This document shows positions 44,197-52,692 of a DNA stretch of 64,000 nt, in pieces. A program made the translations under genes and the position numbers. Origin of the DNA: Vicinamibacteria bacterium (GTDB lineage Bacteria > Acidobacteriota > Vicinamibacteria > Fen-336 > JAGNNV01); the NCBI GenBank assembly GCA_031412915.1, contig JANODX010000096.1, positions 11,012-75,011 of the forward strand. Reading direction: 5' to 3'. Positions within the stretch are counted from its first letter, which is position 1. Each line of letters begins with the position of its first letter. The notes under the pieces are model-generated. The model saw nothing but the letters and a program-made list of their open reading frames with translations. It searched no databases and was not told the origin of the DNA.

Positions 44197-44877
44197 ATGT
44201 TCAGTCAACCGACCGCACCGGTCGCAGGCTCGGCCCCGAGCCGGCGGTCGATCCTCGATTCGGCCGCCGACGTCTTCATGGAAGTCGGCTTCAGCGGGGC
44301 CCGGGTGGACGAGATCGCCCGGCGCGCCCACGCCAACAAGGCGATGATCTACTACCACTTCGGTTCGAAGCGGGGCCTTTACAAGACGGTCCTCCTGGAG
44401 CTGTTCGGAGACGTGTTCGCCGAGATCGAGAGACTCAAGTCGAGCGAGGCGCCTCCCGGGGAAAAACTGCGAGCCCTCTACACCCTCATCGCCTCACACT
44501 TCTCCAGGAAGAAGGCTCTGCCTCCCATCATGCTGCGGGAGATTCTGGCGGGGGGGAGGAGCATGGACGCGGAGGCGTCGCGCGCGCTCTTCACCATCGT
44601 CTCCTTCGTGAGTGAGACCCTCCGCGAAGGGACCCGAACCGGCGCGTTCCGGAGGATCAATCCCCTTCTCCTTCACCTGACCATGCTGGGGCCGCTCATG
44701 CTTCAATTCGCCGGCGCGGCTTTTCGCGAGTGGCATCTCCCGCGGGAGATGCCCGGCCTGGCTCAGCCCAGCGATCGGGAAATGCTCGCCCATCTGCTCG
44801 GGGTTCTGGATCGCTCGATCCTTCCCCAAAACGCAGGGTCTTCCGCTCCACGTCGTCGACCGAGGAAAACCAAATGA
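44197..44877 (+). CDS. TetR/AcrR-family transcriptional regulator
   Basis: HTH block RRSILDSAADVFMEVGFSGARVDEIARRAHANKAMIYYHFGSKRGLY is the TetR N-terminal signature. 226 aa. Its stop overlaps the HlyD start (ATGA). Confidence 0.85.
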   Translation: MFSQPTAPVAGSAPSRRSILDSAADVFMEVGFSGARVDEIARRAHANKAMIYYHFGSKRGLYKTVLLELFGDVFAEIERLKSSEAPPGEKLRALYTLIASHFSRKKALPPIMLREILAGGRSMDAEASRALFTIVSFVSETLREGTRTGAFRRINPLLLHLTMLGPLMLQFAGAAFREWHLPREMPGLAQPSDREMLAHLLGVLDRSILPQNAGSSAPRRRPRKTK

Positions 44878-45845
44878 AACGCTCTCTTCCCTTGCTGATC
44901 CTGGCCGGGTTCACCGTCGCCTCTTGCGGCGCTTCGGCCAGAAGCACGAACATCGTGGCCGCCGGTCACGTCGAGGCGACCGACGTCCACATCTCGGCCA
45001 AAGTCGGGGGACGCCTCATGGAAGCGCCGCTCCGGGAAGGCGATGTGGTGAAGGCGGGCGCCGTCGTCGCGCGCCTCGACACCACCGATGTGAAGATCGT
45101 GGTTCGCCAGGCCGGCGCCGACCGCGCGCAGGCGGCGGCGGAGCTGCGGCTGCGGCTCGCCGGAGCGCGCAAGGAAGACATCGCGGAAATGGAGGCGCAG
45201 ATCCGCGCCACCGAAGCGGACCTCGCGGGCGCAAAGCTCGATCTCGACCGCATGCAGGGCCTGCTCGATCGCGGCTCCGGTACGACCAAGGCCCGCGACG
45301 ACGCGAGGACCAGGCGCACAATCCTGGAAGCGCGTCTGGGCGCCCAGAGACAGACCCTGGCGCGACTTCAATCGGGCTCGCGCCCCGAGGAGATCGAGGC
45401 GGCCCGGGCCCGGGTGGAGTCCATCGACGCGCGCATCGCCCAGCTCCAACAGCAGATCAGCGACGCAACGGTCATGAGCCCGGTGGACGGCGTGCTCACC
45501 TCCCGGGTGGCGGAGCCGGGTGAACAGCTTCAGGCCGGCTCGCCCATCTGCGTCATCACCCAATTGACGGAAGCCTGGCTCACCGTTTACGTCACCGACG
45601 TCGACCTGGCCCGGATCCGCATCGGCCAGGAAGCGGTGGTGAAGACCGATGGCGGGCAAACCCGCAAGGGTCGCCTGACCTACATCGCATCGAAGGCCGA
45701 GTTCACCCCGAAGAATGTTCAGACCCGTGATGAACGGATCAAACTCGTCTATCGGGTGAAGGTGGGCCTCGACAACGCCGACGGCTTCTTCAAGCCCGGC
45801 ATGCCGGCCGAGGCGACCTTCGAGCCCACGGGTCCCGCGCAATGA
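44874..45845 (+). CDS. HlyD-family periplasmic adaptor (membrane-fusion protein)
   Basis: Signal/lipoprotein-like N-terminus MKRSLPLLILAGFTVASCG. Coiled-coil region (AELRLRLAGARKEDIAEMEAQIRATEADLAGAKLDLDRMQGL) flanked by beta-barrel segments, as in YbhG-like adaptors. Confidence 0.85.
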   Translation: MKRSLPLLILAGFTVASCGASARSTNIVAAGHVEATDVHISAKVGGRLMEAPLREGDVVKAGAVVARLDTTDVKIVVRQAGADRAQAAAELRLRLAGARKEDIAEMEAQIRATEADLAGAKLDLDRMQGLLDRGSGTTKARDDARTRRTILEARLGAQRQTLARLQSGSRPEEIEAARARVESIDARIAQLQQQISDATVMSPVDGVLTSRVAEPGEQLQAGSPICVITQLTEAWLTVYVTDVDLARIRIGQEAVVKTDGGQTRKGRLTYIASKAEFTPKNVQTRDERIKLVYRVKVGLDNADGFFKPGMPAEATFEPTGPAQ

Positions 45846-46819
45846 GCGACGCTCTCGAAGCCCCGGTGGTTGAAGTCGCGGGCCTTGTCCGGAAATACGG
45901 CGATCTGGTCGCCGCGAACGATGTGTCGTTCACGGTGAAGCGCGGAGAGATGTTCGGCCTCATCGGTCCGGACGGGGCCGGCAAGACCACGACGCTGCGC
46001 GTGATCCTCGGCCTCCTCGCTCCCCATGGCGGACGTGTCCGCACCTGCGGTCTCGACCCGTGGAGCGACAAGGACGAACTGTCGAAACGCATCGGCTATC
46101 TCTCGCAGCGCTTCTCCCTCTATGGCGATCTGACCGTGGACGAGAACGTCGCCTTCTTCGCCGACATGCACGGTGTGCGCCACTCCAGGGCGCGCGGCGA
46201 GGAGCTCCTCGACATGCTGCGTATGAGCCCGTTTCGAAAACGGCTGGCCGACCGTCTCTCCGGCGGCATGAAGCAGAAGCTGGCCCTCGCCTGCACCCTC
46301 ATCCACACCCCGCAGCTTCTCGTCCTCGACGAGCCCACCACCGGCGTCGACCCGGTTTCACGCCGCGATTTCTGGAAGATCCTGGCCCGCCTGCAGCGCG
46401 AGGGCCTGACCCTGCTCGTGACGACGCCGTACCTCGACGAAGCCGAGCGCTGTCAGCGCGTGGCCTTGATGGACCGCTCGCGCATTCTGAGTGTGAGTAC
46501 GCCCGACGCGTTGCGGGCGGAGGCGGACGGAGCGATGGTCGAGATCCTCGCCCATCCCAGGCGCCGGGCCATGGAGGTCATCGGCGTTCGCCCGGAGGTG
46601 CGTGACGTGGAGGCCTTCGGCGAGCGGGTCCACATCACCTTGCCCGGCTTCGACGCCCGGGCCGCGGCGGCGTGGACCGAAGGCATGGCCGCCGATCTGC
46701 GGAGCCTTGGCCTCGAAGTCGTCTCCGCGCGCGCGATCCCGCCTTCCCTCGAGGACGTTTTCATTTCCCGCATTCAGGCCCGCGAGGCCGAAGCGGCCCG
46801 GATTGGAGGCTCGCTTTGA
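45842..46819 (+). CDS. ABC transporter ATP-binding protein (first of two)
   Basis: Walker A GPDGAGKTT, signature LSGGMKQKL, Walker B LLVLDEP. Start overlaps the HlyD stop. Confidence 0.9.
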   Translation: MSDALEAPVVEVAGLVRKYGDLVAANDVSFTVKRGEMFGLIGPDGAGKTTTLRVILGLLAPHGGRVRTCGLDPWSDKDELSKRIGYLSQRFSLYGDLTVDENVAFFADMHGVRHSRARGEELLDMLRMSPFRKRLADRLSGGMKQKLALACTLIHTPQLLVLDEPTTGVDPVSRRDFWKILARLQREGLTLLVTTPYLDEAERCQRVALMDRSRILSVSTPDALRAEADGAMVEILAHPRRRAMEVIGVRPEVRDVEAFGERVHITLPGFDARAAAAWTEGMAADLRSLGLEVVSARAIPPSLEDVFISRIQAREAEAARIGGSL

Positions 46820-48147
46820 AACGCCGGTTCTTCTTCACCCTTCTCATGACCATGAGCCCGCCGCTCCTCGCGACCGACTCGGTGTCGTCGCCGGCGTCGC
46901 CTCTCGCCCAAAGGCTGACCCTCGAAGACGCCATGGCCCGCGCGCGCGCGACTTCGGCGCGGCTCGCCTCGTTCAGCGCCCTGACCCGCGCCGCTTCGGA
47001 AGGAGTCCGCGGCGCGAGCGCAGGCCGGCGGCCCGAGCTGGATCTTTCCGCGTCCTACACGCGGAACTCCAATGTGCCCGAACTCGTGCTCGCGATCCCA
47101 GGCTCGCCGCCCCGTACCCTCTTCCCCAACCTTCCCGACAGCTGGCGCACCCATGCCGGAGCCACCTTTCCCCTTTATACCGGCGGACGGGTCGGTTCCC
47201 AGGTCACCGCGGCCACCGAGGTCGAACGCGCAGCGACGTCCGACCGGGCCGCCGCCCAGAACGATCTGGACGCGGAGACGCATGTCGCCTATGTGAACGT
47301 GCTCTTCGCACGCGAAAACGCTCGCGTTCTCAAGGAGGCGGTGGCTTCCTACGAGGCCCATCTCAAGGACGCGCGCAACCGGCAAGACGTGGGCCTCGCC
47401 GCGAGCAACGAGACGCTCGCGGTGACCGTGGAACGCGAGCAGGCGGAACTGGCCCGGCTTCAATCCAAGAACGGGGCTGAGGTAGCCATGGCGAATCTGC
47501 TGCGTCTCGTGGGCCTCCCCGCGGGAACCGCGGTCGATCTCGACCCGGCGCCTTCGGCTTCGAGCCCGGGCGAGTTGGAGGATCTGGTGAGGGTCGCCGC
47601 TCTGGGCCGGCCTGAACTCGAGGCTCTGCGCGCGCGGATCCGCTCGCTCGGGGCCACAGAGAAGGTGGCGCGCTCCGCGTCCCGCCCGCAGGCCGGAATC
47701 GAGGCGGGTTGGGACTACACCAACCCCAACCTGCGCTTCGTTCCCTGGGAGGCGGAGTTTCGGTCCACCTGGAGCGTCGGCGCCCTGGTCAGCTGGAAGG
47801 TCCTCGACGGAGGGCGGGCCCGCGCCTCGGCGGCCCAGGCCCAGGCCCAGGCCGATGCGCTGCGCGCTCAGCTTTCGGATCTTGAATCGCGCATCCGCCT
47901 CGACGTCACCACCAGGCGTCTCGATCTCGACACCGCACTCGCCGGAAAGGTGGTGGCCCAGCGCGGTATCGAAGCGGGCCGTGACGGACTTCGGGTGGCC
48001 CGGGACCGCTACCTAGAAGGCGTCCTCTCATCCTCCGAATTGCTGGACGCCGAGACGCGCCTCCTCCGGGCGGAGCTTGACGCCACGCTGACCGAGGCGC
48101 GGATTCAGATCGCGATGGCGAATCTGACCCGGGCGGTGGGCCGCTGA
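46816..48147 (+). CDS. TolC-family outer-membrane efflux protein
   Basis: Two repeated alpha-helical/beta-strand halves typical of TolC/OprM. Signal peptide region KRRFFFTLLMTMSPPLLA. Start TTG at 46816 overlapping the upstream stop (TTGA), or ATG at 46846. Confidence 0.75.
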   Translation: MKRRFFFTLLMTMSPPLLATDSVSSPASPLAQRLTLEDAMARARATSARLASFSALTRAASEGVRGASAGRRPELDLSASYTRNSNVPELVLAIPGSPPRTLFPNLPDSWRTHAGATFPLYTGGRVGSQVTAATEVERAATSDRAAAQNDLDAETHVAYVNVLFARENARVLKEAVASYEAHLKDARNRQDVGLAASNETLAVTVEREQAELARLQSKNGAEVAMANLLRLVGLPAGTAVDLDPAPSASSPGELEDLVRVAALGRPELEALRARIRSLGATEKVARSASRPQAGIEAGWDYTNPNLRFVPWEAEFRSTWSVGALVSWKVLDGGRARASAAQAQAQADALRAQLSDLESRIRLDVTTRRLDLDTALAGKVVAQRGIEAGRDGLRVARDRYLEGVLSSSELLDAETRLLRAELDATLTEARIQIAMANLTRAVGR

Positions 48148-48148
48148 G

Positions 48149-49141
48149 ATGGCAAGCGCCCAAGACGGCGGCGACGCGGCCCGCGGGCCCGCGGTGATCG
48201 TGGTCGACCATCTGGTCAAACGGTTCGGCGCGTTCACCTCCGTGGACGACCTGTCGCTCTCCGTGCGGGAGGGCGAGGTGTTCGGCCTGCTCGGCTCGAA
48301 TGGCGCGGGCAAGACCACGGCCATCCGGGTGCTGTGCGGTCTCCTCGCTCCCACTTCCGGAAGCGCGCGCGTGCTCGGCATCGACGTCGCCAAGGATCCC
48401 GAGGCCTTGAAACACCGGATCGGTTACATGACCCAGCGCTTCAGTCTGTATGACGATCTGACCGTCATTCAGAATCTGCGCTTCTTCGGCGGGGTCTACG
48501 GCCTGGCCGGGGCGGCGATGCGCGAGCGCGAGGCGTGGGCGGTTCAAACCGCGGGCCTGCAGGGCAAGGAAGATCTCATCACCCGCTCGCTCCCCGGGGG
48601 ATGGAAACAGCGGCTCGCTCTCGCCTGCGCGGTCCTCCACGGACCGCGCGTGGTCTTCCTCGATGAACCCACGGGAGGCGTCGATCCCATTTCGCGCCGG
48701 CGCTTCTGGACCCTGATCGATCAGATGGCGGGCGAAGGGATCACCCTGATCGTCACCACTCACTATCTTGACGAGGCCGAGCGCTGCGACCGGATAGCTC
48801 TGATGCACGCGGGCCGACTGGTGGCGCATGGTTCGGTGGCCGAGCTGAAGGAAGTCTTCGCCGGCCGCGTGCTGCTGGAAGTGGCGTGCGCGCGGCCGCT
48901 GGATGCGCAGTTCCTCCTGGAGAAAGAGCCGGGCATCCTGGAGGCCTCCGTGTTCGGAACCCGCCTGCACGTGGTGGTCACCGACGAGGGAGGCGGCCGC
49001 AAAGTGGTGGGCGATGCCCTCGCGCGGGAGAACTTCGCACCCATATCGATCGAACGCATCGTGCCTTCCCTCGAGGATGTCTTCATCCACTGCATCGAGG
49101 CCGAAGAGGCGGCGCGGACCGCGCGCGGGGTGGGGGCATGA
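48149..49141 (+). CDS. ABC transporter ATP-binding protein (second)
   Basis: Walker A GSNGAGKTT, signature LPGGWKQRL, Walker B VVFLDEP. Confidence 0.9.
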   Translation: MASAQDGGDAARGPAVIVVDHLVKRFGAFTSVDDLSLSVREGEVFGLLGSNGAGKTTAIRVLCGLLAPTSGSARVLGIDVAKDPEALKHRIGYMTQRFSLYDDLTVIQNLRFFGGVYGLAGAAMREREAWAVQTAGLQGKEDLITRSLPGGWKQRLALACAVLHGPRVVFLDEPTGGVDPISRRRFWTLIDQMAGEGITLIVTTHYLDEAERCDRIALMHAGRLVAHGSVAELKEVFAGRVLLEVACARPLDAQFLLEKEPGILEASVFGTRLHVVVTDEGGGRKVVGDALARENFAPISIERIVPSLEDVFIHCIEAEEAARTARGVGA

Positions 49142-50256
49142 ATCCGCGAAAGGTGTGGGCCATCGCGAGGAAGGAATCGCGACAGGTCTCGCGCGATCCT
49201 CTGAGCCTGGCCATGCTCCTCGGCCTGCCCACCATCATGCTCCTGATGTACGGCTACGCCATCAACTTCGACGTCCGCCACGTGCGCCTGGCCGTGCGCG
49301 ACCTGGACAAGTCGGAAGAGTCGCGGAGCCTCGTCTCCTCGTTCGTGAACTCGACCTATTTCGATCAAGTGGCGGAGGTGGAAGCCGGCGCCGACCTGGA
49401 TCTCATCATGGAAAGGCGGGTGGCCAAGGCGGTGCTGGCCATCCCGGAAGGCTTCGCGCGCACTCTCTCAAAGGGCCGCACCGCCACCGTCCAGCTTCTC
49501 CTCGACGGCGCCGACGCCAACACCGCCACCACCGTCTTGAGCTACGCCACCGCCCTCGCCGCCGACGCTAACCTGCGTCGGTTCTCGGAGCATTCGGGCA
49601 TCGAGGTCATCCCCGTGGGCTACGAGCCGCGGGTGTTCTACAACCCCGAACTGCGCACCACTCAGTTCCTGGTCCCCGGCCTCATCGGTTTCATCCTGAT
49701 GCTGACGGCCGTGCTCTCCACCGCTCTCTCCGTGGTTCGCGAGAAGGAACGCGGGACCATGGAGCAGCTGCGGGTCACGTCGCTCACCCCCGGTGAACTC
49801 CTGATGGGCAAGACCCTGCCTTACCTCGCGATCTCCCTGATGGCCACCGTGATCATCCTGATCGCGGCGCGGGTGCTGTTCGGGGTGGTCGTCCGCGGCC
49901 CTTACTTCGACCTCTTCGTGGCCACCCTCATCTATCTCATCGGCGCGCTCGGCTGGGGCCTCATGGTGTCGAGCATCGCCGAGACCCAGGCTCTGGCCTT
50001 TCAGATTGGCCTCGTGACCTCGATGCTGCCCGCCATCTTTCTCTCGGGGTTCATCTTTCCCATCCGGTCGATGCCCGCTCCGATTCAGCTTCTGACCTAC
50101 GCGGTTCCCGCGCGGTATTTCCTGGTGATCGTCCGCGGAATCATTCTGAAAGGCGCCGGTCTTGCCCCCTACTGGCGGGATGTCGCGTTCCTGGTTCTCT
50201 ACGCCTCGGTCGTTCTCACTCTGGCCTACACGCGTCTGCGCCGCCGGGAGGGTTAG
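49138..50256 (+). CDS. ABC-2-type transporter permease
   Basis: Start at MNPRKVWAIARKESRQVSRDP (ATG overlapping the upstream TGA). 6 TM segments and a large periplasmic loop after TM1, typical of YbhS/YbhR-type ABC-2 permeases. Confidence 0.85.
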   Translation: MNPRKVWAIARKESRQVSRDPLSLAMLLGLPTIMLLMYGYAINFDVRHVRLAVRDLDKSEESRSLVSSFVNSTYFDQVAEVEAGADLDLIMERRVAKAVLAIPEGFARTLSKGRTATVQLLLDGADANTATTVLSYATALAADANLRRFSEHSGIEVIPVGYEPRVFYNPELRTTQFLVPGLIGFILMLTAVLSTALSVVREKERGTMEQLRVTSLTPGELLMGKTLPYLAISLMATVIILIAARVLFGVVVRGPYFDLFVATLIYLIGALGWGLMVSSIAETQALAFQIGLVTSMLPAIFLSGFIFPIRSMPAPIQLLTYAVPARYFLVIVRGIILKGAGLAPYWRDVAFLVLYASVVLTLAYTRLRRREG

Positions 50257-50261
50257 GCCTC

Positions 50262-51434
50262 GTGGGTGCTCTGCTTCAGGTCATTCTCAAGGAATTCCTG
50301 CAACTTCGGCAGGATCGCAAGATCATTCCCGCGCTCATCATCGGACCGCTGGTCCAGCTCATCGCTCTGGGTTACGCGGCGAATCTCGATGTGACCCACG
50401 TCCCCCTGCTCCTCGTCGATGGCGATCACACCGTGGCCAGCCGCGACCTGATCGAGCGTTTCGACGCTTCAGGATATTTTGAAATCAAGGGCTCGGTCCC
50501 GACCGCCGAAGAGGCCGAGCCGTGGCTGGTCGAGGGTCTGGCCCAGGTCGTCCTGGTGATCCCCGAGGGGTACGGTAACGAACTGGCGGCGGGACAATCG
50601 CCCCGGCTTCAGGTCCTCGCCGATGGAACCGACGCCAACTCCGCGGTCGTCGGTCTCGGTTACGCGTCGAGGATCATCGCCTTGATGGGCGGATCTCTTC
50701 AGCAAACCCGCCTCGACACCTTGAATCGAAGAAGCGCCGAAGCCGCACGACACCTGGGGGCGCCCCTGGCCAGGCCGCCCTCCGTCGGCCGGATCGAAAT
50801 CATGCCGCGTATTTTCTACAACCCCGATCTGAAGACCCGCTGGTTCTATGTCCCCGCGGTGCTGGCCATGGTGCTGATGCTGGTCACCATGATGCTGCCC
50901 TCGATGGCGGTGGTGCGAGAGAGGGAGATCGGCACGCTGGAGCAGATCAGCGTGACCCCGCTTCGGCCGTGGCAGCTCATCCTGGGAAAACTGACGCCGT
51001 TCGCCATCATCGGTTTGCTCGACACCCTGGTGATCGTGGTTCTCGCGCAGGTGGTCTTCGGTGTCCCCCTGCGCGGGTCGCTGCTGCTTCTCCTCTTCCT
51101 GACCTTCCTGTTCCTTCTGAACACCCTGGGCCTCGGACTCCTGGCCTCGACCATGGTCGCCACTCAACAGCAGGCCATGATGTTCTCCACCTTCGTCATG
51201 ATGGTCCCGATGATCTACCTGTCGGGGCTCATCTTCCCCATCGAGAACATGCCGACGCTCTTCCAGATCGGCAGTTACGGCATTCCCGTTCGTTACTACG
51301 CCATCATCCTGCGCGGCGTTTTTCTGAAGGGCTCGGGCATCGATGTGCTCTGGCCGGAGGCCTTGACCCTGGCGTTCACGGGTGTCGCTTGGTTGACCTT
51401 CGCATCGGCGCGGTTCAGAAAACGCCTGGATTAG
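50262..51434 (+). CDS. ABC-2-type transporter permease (second)
   Basis: Paralog of the previous gene with the same topology (LQVILKEFLQLRQDRK...). Probable GTG start. Confidence 0.85.
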   Translation: MGALLQVILKEFLQLRQDRKIIPALIIGPLVQLIALGYAANLDVTHVPLLLVDGDHTVASRDLIERFDASGYFEIKGSVPTAEEAEPWLVEGLAQVVLVIPEGYGNELAAGQSPRLQVLADGTDANSAVVGLGYASRIIALMGGSLQQTRLDTLNRRSAEAARHLGAPLARPPSVGRIEIMPRIFYNPDLKTRWFYVPAVLAMVLMLVTMMLPSMAVVREREIGTLEQISVTPLRPWQLILGKLTPFAIIGLLDTLVIVVLAQVVFGVPLRGSLLLLLFLTFLFLLNTLGLGLLASTMVATQQQAMMFSTFVMMVPMIYLSGLIFPIENMPTLFQIGSYGIPVRYYAIILRGVFLKGSGIDVLWPEALTLAFTGVAWLTFASARFRKRLD

Positions 51435-51447
51435 CCGCTCCCTCGTC

Positions 51448-51609
51448 CTAGTTCATGTCCGTGCGTTCGACGGGCTTGGGGAGATCAAAAAGATCGGTCA
51501 GGTCGATCTCATCATCGCCTTCGATGGCATCGTGCTCGAAGTCCTCGTCTTCCCATTCGAAGTAAGGCGGCTTCATAGGTAAGGGCCCGGGCTGGACTCT
51601 GAGTTTCAT
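51448..51609 (-). CDS. Small acidic hypothetical protein (53 aa), tentative
   Basis: MKLRVQPGPLPMKPPYFEWEDEDFEHDAIEGDDEIDLTDLFDLPKPVERTDMN. Convergent with, and 14 nt downstream of, the efflux operon. Third-position GC is lower than in neighbouring genes, so the coding status is uncertain. Confidence 0.25.
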   Translation of the reverse strand: MKLRVQPGPLPMKPPYFEWEDEDFEHDAIEGDDEIDLTDLFDLPKPVERTDMN

Positions 51610-51762
51610 GGTTTGTTTCTCCCCCGGGCTTCGAGGAATGCAGGTTTCGTGCCTGATCCCACAACCTCCTGACTCCAGAGAAGATGATCGGAATCGAGTG
51701 AGAATTCGCACACGGCGCGCTGCTACCAAAGGCCTCGTGGCGGCCTCAGGCTCGGCGCTCGA

Positions 51763-52692
51763 TCAGGGTTTGACCGGCGTCGGGACGACGGGCGCCGCCA
51801 CGCGCACCATGAACTCGGAGAGCGCGCGACCATACCCCTCCCCGCCGACCACGTACACGTCGTTGTGATGGGCGCCTTCGACGGCGAGGTATCTCTTCGG
51901 TTCCGGGGCGGCATCGAAGACCATCTTGCCCTGGGCGACGGGTATGACTTCATCCCGCGTGCCCTGAACGACGAGGAGCGGCATCGTGAGTTGCGGAATC
52001 TTCTTCAGGTTTTCGTAGCGGGTCCGGATGAACGAACCGAGAGGCAGGAACGGATAGATGGCGCCTGCCATGTGCGCGACCGAGGCGAAGGGAGCTTCGA
52101 GCACCAGACCGGCCGCCTTGCGCTCGATCGCCAGTTGTATCGACACCGCGCAGCCGAGCGACTCCCCCATCAACACGATATGAGCGGGGTCGATGCGCCG
52201 ACGCTCGACCAGGTAGTCGTAGGCGGCGCGGCCGTCGCGATACGTGCCCTCTTCATCGGGGCTGCCCGTGCTCCGGCCATAGCCGCGATAGTCGTAGAGA
52301 AGGAAGTCGGCACCCAGCCCGCGCAGACGCAGGACGCGATCGAGTCGATCCGCGATGTTGCCCGCGTTCCCGTGCGAGAACAAGACGGTGGCGACGCTTT
52401 GCTCGCTCGCGGCCTTGATGAACCAGCCGTGGACCTTCACTCCGGGCTCCACGTCGATGAGGACTTCCTCGAAGGGCAGCCCGAGCGCTCGTGGCGTGAC
52501 GTCCAGATCGGCCGCCGGATAGTAGATGAGTCGCTTCTCGAAGATCACCAGAAAGAGTGTCGCACCGATGAGGACTCCGAGGGCGATCCTGACCACGCTC
52601 TTGAGAAGGGCGAGGCTTCGTGATGTGAGGTGCGTCTTCAGGATGGGTCCTTGGGTCCGCGGCGGATTCGATTGGCGAGTCCGCTGAGCCAT
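51763..52692 (-). CDS. Alpha/beta-fold hydrolase with an N-terminal membrane anchor
   Basis: Nucleophile elbow GESLGCA. HGNAGN oxyanion region. TM segment VVRIALGVLIGATLFLVIF. The track start at 52692 overlaps the coiled-coil gene by 55 nt; an in-frame GTG at 52596 would remove the overlap. Confidence 0.8.
   Translation of the reverse strand: MAQRTRQSNPPRTQGPILKTHLTSRSLALLKSVVRIALGVLIGATLFLVIFEKRLIYYPAADLDVTPRALGLPFEEVLIDVEPGVKVHGWFIKAASEQSVATVLFSHGNAGNIADRLDRVLRLRGLGADFLLYDYRGYGRSTGSPDEEGTYRDGRAAYDYLVERRRIDPAHIVLMGESLGCAVSIQLAIERKAAGLVLEAPFASVAHMAGAIYPFLPLGSFIRTRYENLKKIPQLTMPLLVVQGTRDEVIPVAQGKMVFDAAPEPKRYLAVEGAHHNDVYVVGGEGYGRALSEFMVRVAAPVVPTPVKP

Noticed and set aside
51448-51729. 93-aa version of the small acidic ORF
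   Set aside because: The first 40 residues (MVAARRVRILTRFRSSSLESGGCGIRHETCIPRSPGEKQT) are Arg/Ser-rich with no RBS. Only the shorter 53-aa form from MKLRV was retained, at low confidence.
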